Assembly: GCA_977017645.1 (NCBI GenBank)
Contig: OZ360222.1
Location: 188,666,001 to 188,730,000, forward strand
Origin: Torpedo marmorata
Lineage: Eukaryota
Length of the DNA: 64,000 nucleotides
Reading direction: 5' to 3'
In this document: positions 26,771 through 42,140 of the stretch, piece by piece
Layout: every line of letters begins with the position of its first letter
How positions within the stretch are numbered: position 1 is the first letter of the stretch
Notes under the pieces: model-generated
Told to the model about the DNA's origin: nothing
Databases searched by the model: none
The model's input: the letters and a program-made list of their open reading frames with translations, nothing else
Position numbers and translations under genes: made by a program

Positions 26771-29700
26771 ACAGCCATTGACCACGGCAGCTGTAAAGTT
26801 GGACGCACTTTGAATACTCTTTGTCGCAGCAGCTCTGTGTGTTCTGGCCCAACCAGTTGCAGCCTTATTTCTCCAGAGGTGGTAAAATCAATCTGAAACA
26901 TGGTTTCAAACCAGGGCTGGCCCACCACAAATATTTGCTTTTTTTTGTCTCTTCTGCACTGTAAAGTGACATTTTAGCATCTTGTCAAGGAGGTGTGGCT
27001 TTTATTGAAGCCACTGCTGTGTGTTTGCCTATCTATGGGAATCTTGTGTAAAAGTTCATGCAGTGTTGCATTAGTATTAACCTGGACCTCTGAATGATTT
27101 TATGGTGATGAAGAGTTTGTCTGGCCCGCCATTCAAACTTGACAATACCGTTTGACAAATGAAAAACCTTTTATTTTGTGATAATAGACATTGGCACAAT
27201 TGTGTGGCACCAAAGCTTGTCGATTCCCTTCCTTCTTTGGAGGAAGTGATGCTCGTACATCAGCCAAAAGATATTTTAAAATTCTCTCCTCGAGAATGAG
27301 ATGTTATGCCATTAGACAACCTTGTATGTGAGTGTAATGTGTGTGTGTGCACCTGTGTGTCTAGTCGGGCTTGTATGAAGTCCAAATGGGAGTGTATTGC
27401 TTCAGGGCACAAGACTCTCAAAGCTTTAAGGTTATTTGTAGAGATAAATAATACGATTTATTAAAACATTAAAGATTCTCATCAGTAAACAAAAGTTGGA
27501 ATTGACAGTTTTATAGATACCCAGGAGAGGAGTGATCACACCTGGGATAAAGATAAAAGAAAGTTAGACATTTCTCGTGTACACAATTTTGGTGATTCCA
27601 TCTGTGGACAGGTAGGGTATCAGAAATCAGGTCATTTTCACACCGCAGTGAAATGCGAGGCTTGTGTGCCCGTGATTCACCAACATGGTAAGTTTTTGAT
27701 TATTGCCATGGTTTTAATGAGTTAGTGAGGTGAGGCAACTTCACCTTGCAGGCAGACAAGTCAAGACAGCAAGTATTCCTCCCTGCATCTTGTGATGATG
27801 ATGATGCAGAGCTGGAAGCGGGGTTCCTGCTTCTCCATTCCTACACTAGAATGGTGGCTGGAGATAGGTTGCACTGAAAAAGGAAGGAACCAATCAAATC
27901 CAGTGTCATTTATTTCCAATACAATATCATGCATATTATTTTATGAGTTGCCAGCAAATAACTCAAATGCATGTTTGTCATGCATTTTAAGCTAAAGTGA
28001 TACATTGTGATGTTAACCACTTAAATGGACCTTGGTTTACCAATGCCTAAGTAAACCTGTGAGTTGTACTTGTGCCATCTTGTCTTGCGGGTATTACATT
28101 TTTTGGTTTTAATCCAGATTATTTTGGTTTTTGCTTTTCATCCTTTTGATCCTTAAAGCAAGTCTGAGGTGGAACAATCAAAGGTTTTATTGTGTCAGAT
28201 TTTTACTATTTTAAGGAAAATGCAGCCATCTTTTATTCAAGTATTTAATTCCATTGTGATATGCAGAGCCTTTAATTTCCTATTATGTTGTTTCCAAGAT
28301 CACCAAAACCAATATTAACAATCCATTCCCAGTTATTCTGAAGAGAGGACTAAAAATTGATTGCTTGCAATGTCAGTTATGAGCCGGAGGCTTGTATTGT
28401 CACCTCCTGTGTGCATTTCATACTCAAGATTACATTAAAATTGAAAACACAAAGATCTCGATTGACACTCCAGTACTGAGGAAGGGCTGCATTGTTAGAT
28501 GTGCTGTCAAGTGGATATAAAAGACATCATGGTATTATTTTCATGATGACCAGGGAAATAATGCCCTGGAGTTCAGTCAATAGTTATTTCTCACTCAACA
28601 TTGCACCATGAGCTGGTCAGCATGCTATTTGTCAGAGCTTGGTGCATTTCCTACTTTAGAATCTTTGCTGCACTTCTGAATCATTTTATTAGCTGCAAAA
28701 TGGTTTTGAATATCTTAAAAGCGGTTTGAAAGGCACTGTGGAAATTCAAGTTTGAAGTTAAAATCAACATTAATCCCATCGATGTCTGGCATCCACTTTA
28801 TTTTCTCACTCCAGGACCCCAGTTTTCTTGCTCTTAATTGCAAAACAAAATAACATTTTCATTTATAATATTTTGATGCGGTTAATGCGGTTCCTCAATT
28901 TAAGTATGGGATAATTCTTCAGCTTCATCTCATTAATTTCTCATGTTTTTTATGATACTGTTTCCCCTGTTATTCCGCATCTCTGGTTCAACCTAATTTT
29001 GGATTGGTACAGGAATAATTCTCGGGCTTGTTTCACCATTCAGTGAGAACATAGATGATCTAACTCAATTGACCCATATCCCTTGACTCAGCTTCAGTCA
29101 TTAGTTTGTAGAAGAGTGCAGCATTTTTGCTGCATTCATTCCAGAAAGCCCTGGCTTTATTTTGTACATCCACTAGTGAATATAGTTACTGTTCTTCTAC
29201 CAAATCTCCTGCTTGTAGTATCTTGAAAACTTTGAAATTCCCCCTCAGCTTTCTAAATTCCAACAAATATCACTCCACTCTATATATAATCATTATTAAA
29301 CTCTTGGTTTATTTTATTCTTCTGATAAATTTGCACTTCATCCAAGACCTGTATATCCTTCCAAAGTTGGTTGTGCCCATAATTGCTGCAAATTTAGTAA
29401 ACTATGACATTAAGTTGCTGTAGCCTAACGTTTGGTAATTATATCTCCGACATATAATGACTAGTATTCCATTTACCATTGTTCATATTTTCCAAGCTTG
29501 TATACTTTAATCTCACCTGTTTCTTGCTTGCATTTCAGAGGTACACAGTTCATTTGGATTGTGCTCTGTTCTGTACCATTTAGGTCCAAAGTAATAAAGC
29601 TCTTATTTGCCTATATTTGAAATCTATTTGGCACAATATTGCCCCTCTGCTTAAATTTATTAATTATCTCTAATTGAATGCACTCATCTGTACTGCTTAC

Positions 29701-32700
29701 ATTGCCGCCGAGCTTTGAACCATCAGCACATTTGAGTGTATGGGATCATCAAACTCGATGATCCCAAAATGAATAATTGCATGCCATCGCACTATTCACA
29801 GCCTGTCAATTTGGTTATTGTCCTAATCCGTCTCTTTACCCCTTTCCAATCACTCCACTCCCTTTAAAGTTTTTTTGGCATTTCAGGTTTGATTATCTCT
29901 CCATTTATTTAGTACATAAACAGTTTTTTGAAATGTTATCCCTTGATACAAGACAATGTTTCCCCTCACATTTTGGTGAGATTCTTAGCTGTAGACATTG
30001 GACTCCCTCCTCAAGGTCACAACATAACTTAATGTTGCAGAATCTGATCCTATCATTGATCATTGCAACTCAGTTGAAAGTGATACCATTTCTCTGCTTC
30101 ATATTATGAAGCTATCTAAATCCTGGTATATTACATCACAGCGCAGTAGCTTATGAAAAATCACTCAAACTTGAGTACCGGATCCTCAGCTGCTTATGAA
30201 AATCTCACCAAGACCGGGTTCAAACCCCACCATGGTCTCGCTTTTCCTGATTTCTATAATCTCTTTCAATTCTGGCCTTCTAATTGCTATCAGGGGCTGT
30301 GCCTTCAGCTTCCAAGACCATAAGCTTTGTCATTCCCTCCTAACCCTTTTTGTCTTTCGGCCTCTCTGTCCTTTAACAGTATCTTCCCAATTCCTTTGGT
30401 TATCTGTTTTAACATCCCTGTAATTGTCAAATTTTCTTTGATAATTATCATATGAAACTTGTGTTTATTCAGTGTCTGTAATGTAATTAAAATGATTCTT
30501 GAAGTTGTACAAATATTCATTGTGTTGAAGTGCTTTGGTTATAAGGGGTACTATAGAATTGAAACTGTTTAAATGAGGCCACTTGGATAACAGTCGGTAA
30601 GACCAGCCATTCTCAACATTTTTTTGGATATGCCCCCCGCCCCCCACTCCCCCTCCCCTGGACTCAAAGTTTATGGGTCCCCTTCCCTGTGAAGCAGTCA
30701 CGTTTTTTGGTTTCTTCCATATTTCTACCGTCTACATACAAAATATTTATGTTGCGTGAGGTGAAAAGAAAACAAGGCTTTTACTTGAATGTGTTGTGGC
30801 CCCCATTGAGAATGGCTGGGTTTGACCACAGTCATCCTTGGTGAGCAGATCAGTGCATACAGAGCTGATGCTACAACCAATCTTCTTTGCAACCCTTTAC
30901 ATTTTCAATGAAAGTGGGAGGAATGCCTCAATTGCCCAGACATCAGACGAGTTGTGCTTTTGCTAATATTCCTACAAATTAAAAAAAGCATAAAATAACA
31001 GCTAAGTGATTGCACAACCAACGGATCAAATCAAAGCTTCACTGTCCTGCCATGGTCATGAATGGTGGTGGACAATTAAATAGGAGATGGCAACTCCAAG
31101 AACTTCCCTCCCCTTGGTGATGACAGGCCCCAGCATGTTAATGGCCAAAACCTTTACAGCATGTTCAGACAGAAGTACTGAGTGGGTGATCCATCTGAAA
31201 TTCCTCCTGAGAGCCCCACGTCACAGACGCTGTTCTCCAGCTAATTTGTTTCACTCCATAGTGATACTAGTAGACGACTGAATACAGCAAATGTTTTGGG
31301 ATCAGAAATCATTCCAGCTGTAATTCTGAAGCCTTGAGCCCCAGAATTAGCTTCATCTCTTGCCAAGCTATTCCAGTATTGTTACAATACTGGTATGAAC
31401 TTGACAATGTGGTTTAAAACAATCCCCTGGTACATTCTGTTCATGAAAAGCAGGACAAATCCAATCCCAGTGATTACAGCCTACTTTCAGTCATCAGTAA
31501 AGTATGACAGTTCAGTCAAACAACTACTCACCATCACTTGTTCACTGATCCCCAATTTGAGCTTCACCAACAACACTTGGCTCGAGACCTCAACATTACC
31601 ATGGTCTAAACAGCTGAATTCCATGTGAAATTGACCACCCTTGACATGAAGGCAGAACTTGACCATGTGCAGCATCAAGCAACGATAGCTGGTGTAATTT
31701 AAAGTCAATGGGCTTCAGGGGAATGCACTCCAATGGTTTGAGTTGAACTTTGCATCAAGGACAGTGGTTGTGGTTACTGGAGGTCAATCCCAGCCTCAGG
31801 ATGTCATTTAAGAATGCCTCTAGGAAGTGGCCTCAAGCCAACCACTTTCAGTTGTTTCATCAAAGAACTTTGTTCCATCGCTGGATCAAAGATGGCAATT
31901 GTCGTTGCACAAGTTTCAATTCCACAGTGAATGAAGCAGCTCAGAAGACCTGTTTCCAACAAACCTGTGACATCTACCACCAGGCCAATAGGTGCATTGG
32001 CAACATTCCCAGTAGTACGTCTTCCTCCTAATCATGCACCATCCAACATGGAAATATTTCTTGTTCTTTCATCATAAGTCTGTCTGAAACCTGGAACTTC
32101 CTACCCAACGTTGTGGGAGTACCTTCATCAGAAGGACTGCATTAGTTTCAGAAGCTGACTCAAACGCAGGTTCTCAAGGGAATTAATCTTGGGTGTATGA
32201 GAAAATGAATGAAAAATTGTCCGTTTTAAAACACATGATTTATACAATGTCGCCTTCATGTGGCACGCTTGATATAATATGACTCAGTGGTGTCCTGAAT
32301 CTTTGAAACTCCTGTTAATTATGCAGCTGGGCAACAGTTTAAGCAAAATAATCAGCATAAGGTTATTTTCAAATGTGCATTACTCAGCAGATAGCAGTGG
32401 TTGACATCAGTTTTCTTTGAATTATTACAGAGTCAAGCTATGATTGAAATGCCTTTGTCTGAAATACATTTGTAGTATCAGACTGCCTCCACTCCCCAAA
32501 TCCCCATAGATTTTGAATTCCTATCCCAGCACCACCAGGCAGCGAGACTTGCATTCCAATCCAATGCTTTCATTGACAACCTCAAATCAGAGCTGAACCA
32601 AATCTCTTCACAGACCTGAAACATCAACCATTCTTTTTCTCCCACTGATGCTGCTCAACCCCCTGAATTCCTCTAGAAGATTGTATTCTTTTGCATGTTG

Positions 32701-35264
32701 GATTCCAGGAAGGAGTGAGACCACAAGTCCTCATCAACATTTTTCTTGAATCTTCATCTTCTGATCTTAACCGTACTGTTATGGGGAGTTTTGGGGTGCA
32801 GTGTGATTAGAATTAAACTATTAAGTCAGTTGCCTTGTCAATATCAGGAAGCAACTCTGTAGGCAGATCCCCAGATCAGTGTCTCATGCCAAGAATCCAT
32901 AGAGGATGAAAGCTAATAATCACAGCAAAGCAAAAAGTGATGTGCCGCGTTTAGGTAGCTGTACTTTAGATGCAGGTGTTGTCAGATGATTCCCTGAGCC
33001 AAAATTTCCAATTATACATTCAAGGGGATTGAGAGCAGAGAGTGTCATTGAAACTTACAAAATCCTCATGGGCTCAACGGGTTAAATGCAGGGCGGGGTT
33101 GGGTGGGGGGGGACATTTTCCCCCAGCCCAGGAGTGAAGGATGACACCCTGAGAATGAGGATAGGATGATTAGGACTGAGGTGAAGTGAAATTTCTTCAT
33201 GCTGTCATTAGCGAATCTTTGAAATTCTCTCCCCCAAAGACCTCCAGCATTGAGTTCATTCAGAGATTGAGAGATTTCTGGATATTAAGTGAATCAAGGT
33301 ATCTGGGGATAGGGAAATGCCTTTGAGGTAGGTTTGCTTTCTCCTGATCCTATGTTTTTTATGTTTACTGGCAGCAGTCATAAAATACGGAAACACTCAG
33401 CACGTCAGGCAGCGTCTGTGGAAAGAGAAACAGTTAATGTTTCAGGTCTGAGGCCCTTCAAAAGAACTGACAAAGTGCCCTTGGCCTGAAGCACTTTCTC
33501 TTTCCACAGTGCTATCTGATCTTCTGACTGTTTCCAGCACATTGCATGTTTTTATTTCAGGTTTCCAGAATCTACATGTTGTTTTAAATTTTAAGTGGTC
33601 CACAGTCCTTTGGTTGATGTTGTTCACATCTATATAAGTACTTGCTGAATACTGATGGATCCCATCTCTTCCTGGAAATATTGAAATTACAGCCAGGATT
33701 TTCCTTGCTTGTTGCTTTCACTATTGTAGCTTTGATGCCATTTCCTCTGGTCTGCTGTCCAGTTGATCTAAAAATATTAGAAATAGCTCCAATTTTTTCC
33801 TCAAACATAAATCAGTTCTTTAATAAGATCAGCAAGTGCTACAGGAGAGAGAATACTGCAAATTAAATCAGCCACAAAAATGACACCCCTGGTCAAACAC
33901 AACCTATGTCCAACACTGTCTTCTTTCTCTCCTACATTTAACAGGTTCAATAAAGGGTTTCAGCTCCAAATGTCGACTATTCTTTCTCTCCCACTGATGC
34001 TGAGTTCCTCCAGCAGATTGTGTTTAGCTCCAGATTCCAGCATCTGCAGTCACCTGTGTGTCTCCAATGTCCAACAATTATGATCAGTTCTGGCCTCTGG
34101 TAATTTCAGGTCCAATAGTTTTGGCAAATTACTTAACAATAAATATGTACGGTTAATTAGCCTGTTTTCAAGTTATTGCCTAGAAGGGAAACTTTTGCAA
34201 AAATAATAATTAGTTTTGAAAGAAAATTCTGAAAGGGAGCATACCTTTTGCTGACAGTTATCTTTTTTTTGTCAGACGGGTGGGGAGATTGTTGACGCTG
34301 GATCCTGTAGTTCTCCGGCTTTTATCGGCTTCATCATTACAGAAGATTTGACATTTCTTGTGCATGTGCTCTCCCTTGCCGCCCCACTCCTCAAAGTTTG
34401 GTTCAAATTTGAATATCCACGGAGGAATAAGATATCAGTTGGGATGTTGTGCCTGGAGCAAATGAGAACCAAGCCCTGTTCACGTACCACCAGATTCAAG
34501 GACCATTTCTTCCCACTGTTAAGAGACTCCTAAATGAACCGCAGACTAATAAAAATGAAGCTACTTTTCTCCGTTTCAACTGATTGCTCTCTGTAATTCA
34601 GCACTTTGTATGTCTACTGGACTGCTCACAAAACAACCTCCATATCACTACATGTGACAATAAACTTAAACTTAAAAGTTCCCACTCCAATTAATGTCCA
34701 CGCTCAATGTACGTTTCATCTTCTAAATCTGTTTCTTCCTGTGGTGGTGGTTCCATTGCTTGTCACATTGATCCGGTTGTGAACTTCAGACAATTGCCTC
34801 TTTAACACAATCTAACAAATATTCTGATTGGCAAATTTCTGCAAATTTGTCATTTGTTTGTCATAGCTGAGGAGTGCACTGCAGTTTAACTATTTTGGGT
34901 CTGAAAACTGTGTCAGATGCCTCTTCGGTTTTTAGCTATGATAATATCTCCAATGTTAAACATCCAGTGTTGTAAGCACACATTGGTATATACTCCTTCA
35001 CTATTGGTGCCACATTATCAAAGGGATTAGTCTGATTCTTATTGGAATATGGTGGGCCTTTTCATGAAGGTGTTTTAATAGTACTTTTATTTTAAAGAAT
35101 AATATATGGCTGCTGGTTTTTTTTAAGATTAACTTGCTGTCAAAGGTTCTGTAAAATCAGTATATGATTCTCTAGATAATGGAAATGGAACAAATGTTTA
35201 AAACCTGTATCCCTTTTTCTTTTTAAAAAAAAAAGTAATTGCGTGTTGCAAAGCTGAATTAAAT

Positions 35265-35490
35265 TTAGACATACAGCACGGTAACAGGCCATTTTGGCCC
35301 ACGAGTCCGTGCTGCCCCATTTACACCCCAGGTACGGTTTAAACGATGGGAGGAAACTCTACACCCCGGGGAAAACCCACGCAGACACGGGGAGAACGTA
35401 CAAACTCCTTACAGACAGCGCGGGACTCAAACCCCGGTCCGGTCCCGATCGCTGGCGCTGTAAAGGCGTTGCGCTAACTGCTACAAACGA
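35265..35490 (-). mobile_element. V-SINE
   Basis: Same family as 2362-2611. Confidence 0.85.
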
Positions 35491-38400
35491 TTGAAATTCT
35501 GAATATACACAGTAAGCGTCTTTAAGGATGGTCGTACATTGGCATTTTCTCCAGCTCTGACCAAAGTGTCAATTCATGGTTTGTAAAAAGGTGTGAGTGC
35601 AGGTCCTGTCACAAGGAGTCGAGCACAGCGATCTTGATTGGTGCTCCAGTGCAGTACTGTGGGGGTGCTCCAGTACTGTTGACCACTTCTGTTAAACCAA
35701 GGCCTCATTCACCATTGTGGATGGATGCCAACAATCCCATGTCTTTATTTTGAAGAACGGTGCTCTCCCTCTTGCCCCAGCTGATGTTTATTCCCCCAAC
35801 CACATGACCACTAAAGATTGATGATCTCGTTATTACATTTCTACTTGTTGGAGCTTGCTGTGTACAAATTGTCTAACATTCACAGCATTGCAACAATGAC
35901 AACACTTCTAAAGTTCTTCATTATTTGTAAAGCACTTTGGGACACCCTATCCCTACCTGAAGCACAAATCTTGTCTGATCGTGTGCTGACCTGCTGTTTC
36001 TTCCCATATTTTACGCTTTTATTTATCCACAACATTTTGAGATTTTTTTTCTCCCACCCACCCCCCACCTCCGCCCCAATTAAATTAATATGAATTGCTC
36101 AAAGAATCCTCCAGAGGAGAAAATTGTGTTGACTTTCTTAACTAAACTTCATTTCTGGGTATGTGTTCTGTGTGCGTGTAAATATATTTGCATGAGTTTA
36201 TTTAAATGTAAAAAAAAAATAGGAAAATATTTATTTTCACTTGTATTTAAGCACAGAATGGCTACATTTATCTTGTAAATCTTTGATAAAGAAATAATCA
36301 GCTGTTAGCCCCTCTTTCAAATTGATGTCTTTGTTCTGTACTGTTAATCCCATCCCACTTAACTGAAATAAATGTTTTCTGTGTTTTATGTATATCATGT
36401 TTTCTACTGGAATGTAATAGCAGACTCTTTTTCTTATGAGAATCAAAATCATTAGTGAAATTAGCAGTTTTTTTTCTCCCTTCTGTAGACATTCGAATTG
36501 TTTTAACTGGTCAAATAGCGAACTGATCTTTAACCAATGTCATCCTGCTTATGACATTCTTAAATGTTAACAGTTGCATTTTAGATTTTGTACTTTTTAC
36601 AGATAGACCAATGGATATTACTGGCAGTCATTTCATGCAGTCACTTCCCTTTTCCCCTGCTCGTAAGTTTCCTAGTTACTTGGAAGATGTGATAGTGGAT
36701 GGTTAAACAGCCACCAAAGAGCATTGCATTAATGTAGCAGTTTGTAATATTGTCAAAGAAAATATAAAGGGAAATGAATTGCTGCACCCTTTCTTTCTAT
36801 AGTCAAGTATTCTGTAAAGTTAAGCCATTGGAAATGTACCTTTTGATTGAAGATTGATGCTTGTCAGAGTGTATTATTATCCACTTACCTGGGCAAATAT
36901 ATTTCCACCAGACTTAAATCCTTTGCAGTTTAGCAATAAGTGTCAGTGAGGGCTGAGACACTCATCAGGAAGATGCCAGGCATGATCCTGAATTAACATA
37001 CCATGCCTGGAATGGTTTACAGGACATCTGACCTACATGTCTGGCCTGTGATGAGGAGGGGTGGTTTGGGGAAACTTGAGCTATATTTAAATTGATCATC
37101 GATCAATGATCCCTATTTGAAACGGGTGCTCACTAAAGACAGAATTGAGTTGACTGGAATAAACCATGTCTCATTAACCAAACAATGTCTCCACACACAT
37201 CCACAGCATGCTGATCAAGGAGCGGTGTGGGAAAGGAGTTTGGGCATCTGGAAACATCAAAGGGGTTTGTGTTCCAGTTCAGAAGTGGGGTTGCAAAAAC
37301 CAAAACAAGATGATCAAAACAAAATTAGGCACGATCAGAGGGAAATTTTAAAAATGAGTGAGTGGATAATAATATCATTCCGAGCCTTACTTTGTAATTT
37401 CATGTGGATGTTGCACTTAAAACGCAAGTAGAAACAACAGCTGGGTTCCAGTCACCTGAGTGTCCCTCCTTAAACACCTGTTTATTGTATTTAGCAGTAA
37501 TATTAAAGTCTTGTTTTATTGTAGAAGCCATTACAAAAGACAAGTCTATAAAATCTTTATATTTTCGAACGTGCTTTTAAATAAATTTAACAGAAACCCA
37601 AAACCTTTCAAATGACTCTTTCAAAACAAATATCTTTTGTGGCAGGCATTATTATCAATTAAAAGAGAATGTTACTGGGATTATTGCTAATTTAAGATTT
37701 TTCTAAAAGTCACAAAGACATATACATCTGCTGAAATGTATTTGCCAGTTTCTCCTTCCATATGTAGTACTATTGGATTCCTAGCATTAATTAACATTTT
37801 CAGGATTCCCCTTTAATTTTATGCAACCAAGTCCTGAATATCTTTAGGCAACAGGCATTACAAGTAATGCTTTGGCTTTTCCTTTCCCCTGGAGTAATCT
37901 TGTTGAACTCTTCCAACCTTGACTCCAGAACATTCTAAGCTTGTGACTTTCTGGTTTTCCAGTAAATGTCATAATTTGCAATGATTACATCAAGTGTGAA
38001 TGTGATCAGCATCCTCCAGAAAGGAGACTATCTTTTAAAACAAAAGATACCAACTGCTTTCATGCTACCTTGAATTGCATTCACAGTTATCACAAAACTG
38101 ACTCACCATTTCCAAATGTGGCCATAAAAATGGGGCAAGAAACATAAATCTTGGGACTTCCCGTGCCTGTTCCTGAATACATCCAACCCCAAGGAATTCT
38201 GCAAATTGGAACTTTAACTTTTTCATTAAGGGAAAGAAACCAGATGTGATTAACCCTGATCCTTGGTGTTTGATTTTGTGGAACTAGAGTATTTTACAAA
38301 ATCTATGCAATCACAGTGTTTAAAAAAGGGTTATTCATAGAAGAGCAGCAGAATCTCTATGGTTTTTCTGCTGATATTTAATCTCTTCAACAGAACGACT

Positions 38401-40226
38401 AAAAGAAAGGTGACCAGCCATGATCCCAATGCTGTTTCTTGGAGTTTGTGTCATTTGTCTGCCACATTTCCAAAATAACAGGCTGCACTTCAAAAGTACA
38501 TAATTTGTTAATTTTTTGGCATGTCCCATGGTCACAATAGGCCCGAGATAAATTAAGTCCTTTTTTTTCCTTGAATGGCCAAAGAGTTGGTCCTTGCTGT
38601 CCTCCCGAGAGGCATTTTCAAGGAGGTTTTGGCAGATAAGTGATTCAGGAATTTGTTTTGTCCCTGAGCTTGCCATAATTAGTTGTGGTTCCACCTCCTC
38701 AACTTTGAAGTGGTGCTGTGGATTTAAACCACGTCAAACCATTTATGAAAGTTTTAGTAGATGACAAACAAAAACATAGTTCATTTTTCCCACTTTATTG
38801 ACACTAAAGCCTGGCTGTGCCAGTTATACATGTTTCAATGCAGTGGTCCAAGAATGAAAGCAGCTAGCCAAGAAATGGCTCCAACATGTGTTTGGAACCA
38901 ACAATCACTTAGCAAACACTGTTGGGCCTTCCTTAATTCTCTCAAGTTCAATGCTTTTCCATGTCAGAAAAGATGAGCTCTAACTGTCAGCGTCATTCAA
39001 AGACCTGTCTGGTCTATGATGCCAAGGTGATTACAAATCTGAATGGAAATAATCTATACTTAAAAATGTAAGAAAATGGGACCTGAAGAATCAACTCTTC
39101 AACCTACCCTGCTGTTCATTATAATGAGAGATCTGCTCTAGGGCTTATCCCCTTTGTTGTACTAGATCCATGTAGCTCTCAATTCTCTGATTTTTAAATT
39201 CTATTTCCTCTAAATAATGATCCGTACGCCTGTGGGATAGAGAATTCCACGAACGCTATCCTCTGCAAGAAATAGTTCCCCTGCACCTCGGTTTTAAATG
39301 ACTGCCTCCTTGTCATGATGTCACATCATTTGAGACTACCACTAATGGATACATCTCGACACGTTGCAAGAAGGACACCCCTCAATCTTCTAAAATTCCA
39401 TTTAATATACAGGATGCTTCTGGTCAGTTCAACTTTAATGGCTCTATAATTAACAAGGATCCAAAAATGTCACTAACACGCTTGTGTCATTTGCCTGGTT
39501 TCCAGCCACATATCTAGGACACAGAACTTACTTTGACCCACACCCTGTATACACTATAACAACCTCTGCATTCGTAAACTCCATAAAAATCTATAGAAAA
39601 GACTTTATGAACTGAATTTTGTCAAAAGCCTTATCAATTAAGTGATAGCGACTGTGCTTCAAATTCTCTCCCTAAACAATTCATTTGACCTTCCCTAGTC
39701 CTTCAACCAATGTGTTGTCGCCAATCACCTCTCACAAAGCCCATTTCTGTATTGAGGGATACAGAGACTTTTCCAAAGGATGGAGATGAAAGGCTACCTA
39801 TGGCAAACAAAGAAAGGTGCGACAATGACCTCAGTGGCAGAGGTGGGAGTTCACGTAGTGAGGCAGCAACTAAGGAGTTGGCCAATTAGTCCCATGAGCT
39901 GCCATGCTCTTCAATACGACTTTAGCCTCACAGTCCTTCTCCCTCCCCATTCCCCTTGAACCGTGCCTCTCTCCTCACTCTGCCTCCGCATCCCTTGTCA
40001 TTTAAACATCTGTCACTGGGGACCACAGGAAAGTGATGTGGACGGGGTAACTATAGAAAGAGCCTAAACTTAAGAAGGAGGAGAGTGGATCCAAGCATGG
40101 ATTGCAGGAGCCCTGTTATGGGTAACCGTTAGAATTCTGAGTATCAGTCACCTTTCCCTAAATAAAGTGCTGTTGGTGTTTGGAATTCAAAACAGCTCAA
40201 ATCTAAGGCTACGTCCACACACAGTA

Positions 40227-40382
40227 GTGTTGTACACATGTGGAAGTATGTTCTGTGTGTTGTACACATGTGGAAGTATTTTCTGTGTGTTGTACACATG
40301 TGGAAGTATGTTCTGTGTGTTGTACACATGTGGAAGTATGTTCTGTGTGTTGTACACATGTGGAAGTATGTTCTGTGTGTTG
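40227..40382. repeat. Tandem repeat, ~5 x 30 bp
   Basis: Unit gtgttgtacacatgtggaagtatgttctgt. Confidence 0.95.
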
Positions 40383-40587
40383 CCTGCTACTGATGTGTGT
40401 TACTGACAGCTCTCCCTTGCTGTGTGATTTTGGTTGCTGGTATGTCAGCAGATTAGCTGTGAACTGAGGACATCACACAGATCACGTTATGTTAAAACCA
40501 GGCTGCTACATTCATTGGTGAAATGCATGCTCATTCATTCAATGTATAACTTACAAGCATCTGTGCATCTCTTGTGGCTAACCAAAC

Positions 40588-41423
40588 CAGATTCAGATTT
40601 ATTGTCAGCGTACATACATGACATCACATACAACCCTGAGATTCTTTCTCCTGCGGGCCAGGCAGAATCACCACTTATTGGTAGTGCAAAAAAAAACTAT
40701 ACACAACGTACACATGTAAACAAATAAAGAACTGTAAACAAACTGCAATACAGAGAAAATAAAAAAATCAATAAAGTGAACAAGAATCCTTAAATGAACC
40801 CCTGATTGAGTTTGTTGTTGAGGAGTTTGATGGTGGAGGGGTAGCAGCTGTTCCTGAACCTGGTGGTGCGAGTCTTGTGGCACCTATACCTCTTTCTTGA
40901 TGGTAGCAGTGAGAACAGAGCGTGTGCTGGGTGATGTGGATCCTTGATGATTGCTGCTGCTGCTCTGCGACGGCAGCGTTCCCTGTAGATGTTCTCGATC
41001 GCGGGGAGGGTTTTGCCTGTGATGTTCTGGGCTGTATCCACTACCTTTTGAAGGGCTTTACGCTCAGGGGTATTGGTGTCCCCGTACTAGACTGATGCAG
41101 CCGGTCAGCACCCTTTCCACCACACATCTAGAAATTTGCAAGGTTTTCTGGTGTCATACCAAACCGCCGCAAACTCATGAGAAAATAGAGGCACTGACGT
41201 CCTTCTTCACGATGCCATTTGTGTGTTGGGCCCAGGAAAGATCCTCCGATAGTGATCCCCAAGAACTTAAATTTGCTCACCCTCTCCACCTCTGATCCCC
41301 CAATGATCACTGGATTGTATACCTCTGGCTTTCCCTTCCTGAAGTCAACAATCAGCTCCTTGGTTTTGGTGACATTGAGTGTGAGGTTGTTGTTGGTGCA
41401 TCATTCCGCCAAGTTATCAATCT
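40588..41423 (-). mobile_element. Rex1/Babar-like LINE 3' portion
   Basis: VERVSKFKFLGITI; IIKDPHHPAHALFSLLPSRKRYR...TTRFRNS; GACAATAAA tail with short repeats. Confidence 0.85.
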
Positions 41424-42140
41424 AATATGTTGTCTTAATTAATAAATAATGTAACACTATTAATGGTTCAAAATAAAATGAAGCAGCTTTAATTACAAAG
41501 GTCTGACAAACTTGCCAGCCAAGGGTAATGAGAGATGAAGGTGGGGTTAGGATTATGAATGGTCTTGTACTGTTCCCATGTGATCATGCAGTATCCTCTT
41601 CACGCCCCAGTTTTGAGGCTTTTCACCTTTGCTTCAGTAAGAGACAGACTGATGGTTGGTGACACCAGACCTGTGATCACTGACCCTAAGGAACTACTCA
41701 GTAAATGCCCTGGGCAAATAAAAAATATTCCAACGATACTTTCTTTCACGGCTTTGGTTTTAAGGCTGGCAGAGCTCCAGAGACCCCGGTTCAATCCCGA
41801 CCTCCGGTGCTGTCTGTGTGGAGTTTGCACGCTACCCCGTGACCATGTACTTTACCCCATATGCTCTTACTGCCTCCCATATTCCTAATGTGTGTGGATT
41901 GATGGGTTAAATGGTCTCTGTATATTATCCCCAATGTACAGGTGAGTGGTGGAATCTGGGAAGTGCTGATGGGAATGTGGGGGAATACAAAAATGGGATT
42001 AATGTAAGATTAACATAAAAATAGGTGGTTGAGGAGTTATTGGGCCAAAGGTCCTGTTTCTGCACTCTGTATCTCTCAATGACTCCAGCACTTGGTGAAA
42101 TGGGAATTTGTGATGGAACATCAAACCAAAGGTGGCCTCC

